Shown: positions 44,409-46,910 of the stretch, one piece after another
Layout: each line of letters starts with the position of its first letter
Numbering within the stretch: position 1 is the stretch's first letter
Program-made: the position numbers and the translations under genes
The notes under the pieces: generated by a model
Told to the model about the DNA's origin: nothing
Seen by the model: the letters and a program-made list of their open reading frames with translations, nothing else
The model's database searches: none
Assembly (NCBI GenBank): GCA_025357795.1
Contig: JANYLN010000292.1
Location: forward strand, 1 to 46,910
Origin: Planctomycetota bacterium
GTDB taxonomy: Bacteria; Planctomycetota; Phycisphaerae; UBA1845; JANYLN01
Reading direction: 5' to 3'
Length of the DNA stretch: 46,910 nucleotides

Positions 44409-45680
44409 ATGACAGCCGCCAAGGCACGTAAGAACAAGCCCGCTTCCCCCAACACCCGGCCTACGCAGCCGGCCCTGCCCGTGCCGCCCGTCGCCGCTTG
44501 GCCTGCAGGCTTCGCCAGCGGCGCCGCCGCCGCCGGCCTCAAGGCCCCCGGCCGGCTCGATGTCGCCGTCCTCGTCGCCGACCAGGCCGTCCCCGCCGCC
44601 GCAATGTTCACGACCAACCTCGTGCAGGCCGCCCCCGTCCTCGTCAGCAAGGAGCACCTGAAAAAGGGCAGGGGTTTGGTCCGCGCCGTCGTCGTCAACG
44701 CCGGCAATGCCAACGCCTGCACCGGCCAGCAGGGCCTCCGCGACGCCAGGGAAATGTGCCAGCAGGTCGCCAGGTTCGTCCGCTGCCCGATCGAGCAGGT
44801 ACTCGTCGCCAGCACGGGCGTCATAGGCCGCAAGATGGCTATGCCCAAGGTCCGCAAGGGGATCGCTGCCGCCCTGAAGTCCCTCGGCACCACCCAGGAC
44901 CACTTCGCCGCCTTCTCCCAGGCCATCTGCACCACCGACCGCTGGCGCAAGGTCGCCTCCAGCACGCTGACCCTCGCCGGCGGCCCCGTCCAGATCACCG
45001 GCACGACCAAGGGCGCCGGCATGATCAGCCCCAACATGGCCACGACCCTCGCCTTCCTCGCCACCGACGCCAAACTCGGCGCCGCCGCCCTCAAGCAGTC
45101 GCTCCAGCAGGCCATTGCCGCCAGCTACAACCGCGCCATGGTCGACGGCCACCAGAGCACCAACGATTTCGCCGTCCTCCTGGCCAGCGGCTCCTCGGGC
45201 GTGAAGGTCTCCGGCACAGCGGCCCACGACGAGTTCGAATCAGCCCTCTCCACCGTCTGCCTCGATCTGGCCTCCCAGATCGTCCGCGACGGCGAAGGTG
45301 CCACCAAGCGCATGGAAATCGTCGTGACCGGCGCCAAGAGCGACCAGATCGCCGATGGCATCGCCCGCACGATCGCCATGAGCGCCCTCGTCCGCACCGC
45401 CATCTTCGGCAACGACCCCAACTGGGGCCGGATCGTCTCCGCTGTAGGCTACGCCCCCGGCGTCAAGGACATCCGCAAACTGCGCTGCAAGATCCAGGAC
45501 GTCCTGGTCTACCGCGACGGCACGCCGACCGACTTCAACGCAGCGGATCTGTCCAACGCTATGAAATCCGAGCAGGTCCTCATCGAAGTGGAACTCGGCG
45601 AAGGCCACGGCGAAGGCTTCCTGCAAGCCTCCGACCTCACCTACGAATACGTCCGAATCAACGCCGAGTACACGACCTAG
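44409..45680 (+). CDS. argJ: bifunctional ornithine acetyltransferase / N-acetylglutamate synthase
   Basis: KGAGMISPNMATTLAFLATDA (ArgJ self-cleavage site region) and C-terminal YVRINAEYTT, following argC. Confidence 0.93.
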   Translation: MTAAKARKNKPASPNTRPTQPALPVPPVAAWPAGFASGAAAAGLKAPGRLDVAVLVADQAVPAAAMFTTNLVQAAPVLVSKEHLKKGRGLVRAVVVNAGNANACTGQQGLRDAREMCQQVARFVRCPIEQVLVASTGVIGRKMAMPKVRKGIAAALKSLGTTQDHFAAFSQAICTTDRWRKVASSTLTLAGGPVQITGTTKGAGMISPNMATTLAFLATDAKLGAAALKQSLQQAIAASYNRAMVDGHQSTNDFAVLLASGSSGVKVSGTAAHDEFESALSTVCLDLASQIVRDGEGATKRMEIVVTGAKSDQIADGIARTIAMSALVRTAIFGNDPNWGRIVSAVGYAPGVKDIRKLRCKIQDVLVYRDGTPTDFNAADLSNAMKSEQVLIEVELGEGHGEGFLQASDLTYEYVRINAEYTT

Positions 45681-45802
45681 CGCAGCCTACAAGGAATGCT
45701 GCGTCCGCTGGATGATCATCCTCCGGCTTTTTGTTTGCGGCCGGCCCCGCCCGTCTGCTACGATAGACGCATCCGGTCGAAACGCGATGTGGAGGAGAGG
45801 GA

Positions 45803-46081
45803 ATGCACTTGTGCAGGCCTGTCTGGGTGTTTGTAAGCCTCATGACTCTGCGGGCGGGCGGTTCTTGGCAGACCAATGCCGCCGTGACTCCCCCAACCCT
45901 CCGGGCGATCGAACTGCCTCCCGGAGTAACCTCGCTCCCAGCCGACTCGACCTGGCAAGCAATTGGGCCAGATAGGCCTCCCAATGCCAGTGCAACCATG
46001 CCAGCCCGCACCGTGTCTTTGTTTGACGAAGGGTTGTTCGAGTTCCCGCTTCAGCGGGGCCGTTGCTGTTCTTGTTTGTAG
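45803..46081 (+). CDS. hypothetical small protein (possible signal peptide), weakly supported
   Basis: 92-aa ORF preceded by GGAGG 7-8 nt upstream of the ATG, with hydrophobic N-terminus MHLCRPVWVFVSLMTL. No recognisable family, and third-position GC bias is weaker than in neighbouring genes. Confidence 0.25.
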   Translation: MHLCRPVWVFVSLMTLRAGGSWQTNAAVTPPTLRAIELPPGVTSLPADSTWQAIGPDRPPNASATMPARTVSLFDEGLFEFPLQRGRCCSCL

Positions 46082-46198
46082 CACAGCTGCCCTCGGCTGT
46101 GGCCATTGCCGTTGTTATCCGAAGGAATTGCATGAGATATTCGTTCGGTGTATAGCGAGAATGGCCTGGCTGGTCAGGCCCACCCACAACGATCGATA

Positions 46199-46910
46199 TT
46201 ACACAATCTTGATCTTGGATACGTCGATCGTCGGCTCGGGGAACTTCATGTCGAAGTCCTCGAGCGTCTCGACGATGATCTGCGCGACCGCCAGGTTGCG
46301 GAACCACTTTCGATTGGCGGGGATGACGTACCACGGGGTCTGTTTCGTGCTGCACCGGCCAAGCGCATCCTCGTAGGCCTTCATGTAGTCGTCCCAGTAC
46401 TTGCGTTCGCCAAAGTCGCTCTCGCTGACCTTCCAGCGCTTCGTCGGGTCCTCGACCCGCGCCTTGAACCGCTTGAGCTGCTCATCCTTGGAGATGTGCA
46501 GGAAAAACTTTATAACGTGAATGTCGCACTCCCCCAGGTGCCGCTCGAACTCGTTGATCTGGTCGTACCGTTGCGACCAGACGTCCTTGGGCACCAGCTT
46601 GTGGACGCGCACGACCAGCACGTCTTCGTACTGCGACCGGTTGAAGATCCCGATCTCCCCTCTGCGCGGCATAGCCTCGTGGATCCGCCAGAGGAAATCG
46701 TGCGCGAGCTCCTCCGCCGAAGGTTGTTTGAACGCCGTCACCCGGCAGCCCTGCGGGTTCAGCCCGCTCATCACGTGCCTGATCGTCCCGTCCTTGCCCC
46801 CGCCGTCCATCGCCTGCAGGACAACCAGCACCGCCCGGTGGTTCTCCGCGTACAGCATATACTGGAGTTCGTCCAACCGCCCGATGTCCTTGGCCAGCAG
46901 TGCCTCGGCG
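46199..46910 (-). CDS. ppk2: polyphosphate kinase 2 family protein (5' end beyond the window)
   Basis: VLQAMDGGGKDGTIRHV (Walker A-like), FLWRIHEAMPRRGEIGIFNRSQYEDVLVVRVH. The reading frame stays open to base 46910. Confidence 0.88.
   Translation of the reverse strand, partial: AEALLAKDIGRLDELQYMLYAENHRAVLVVLQAMDGGGKDGTIRHVMSGLNPQGCRVTAFKQPSAEELAHDFLWRIHEAMPRRGEIGIFNRSQYEDVLVVRVHKLVPKDVWSQRYDQINEFERHLGECDIHVIKFFLHISKDEQLKRFKARVEDPTKRWKVSESDFGERKYWDDYMKAYEDALGRCSTKQTPWYVIPANRKWFRNLAVAQIIVETLEDFDMKFPEPTIDVSKIKIV

Overview
GC-rich bacterial chromosome segment made up almost entirely of the conserved translation and transcription gene clusters. About 36 kb of these genes lie on the + strand. Order: groES (3' part), groEL, nagA, tRNA-Tyr/Gly/Thr, tuf, rpmG, tRNA-Trp, secE, nusG, rplKAJL, rpoBC, rpsLG, fusA. 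These are followed by the S10, spc and alpha operons (rpsJ through rplQ, including secY, adk, map, infA and rpmJ). Then come a HIT-family gene, a minus-strand two-component pair, rplM-rpsI, argC-argJ, and a partial minus-strand PPK2 gene at the right edge. I found no CRISPR array, mobile element, rRNA gene or obvious defence or accessory island, so this is an ordinary housekeeping region. The observations most worth a second look are: (1) the sensor kinase next to an intact NarL-type regulator is split, lacks its H-box and is 5'-truncated. (2) A 550-nt lower-GC spacer separates rpsG from fusA; it carries a promoter-like element overlapped by a perfect 9-bp inverted repeat and a long foldable leader. 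(3) The switch-I segment of EF-Tu is atypical. (4) Several ribosomal proteins carry in-frame tandem repeats or insertions. Start codons were chosen by N-terminal family consensus plus Shine-Dalgarno spacing and often differ from the longest ORF in the track. Promoters and terminators are motif-level predictions only. Taxonomy cannot be assigned from this window alone.
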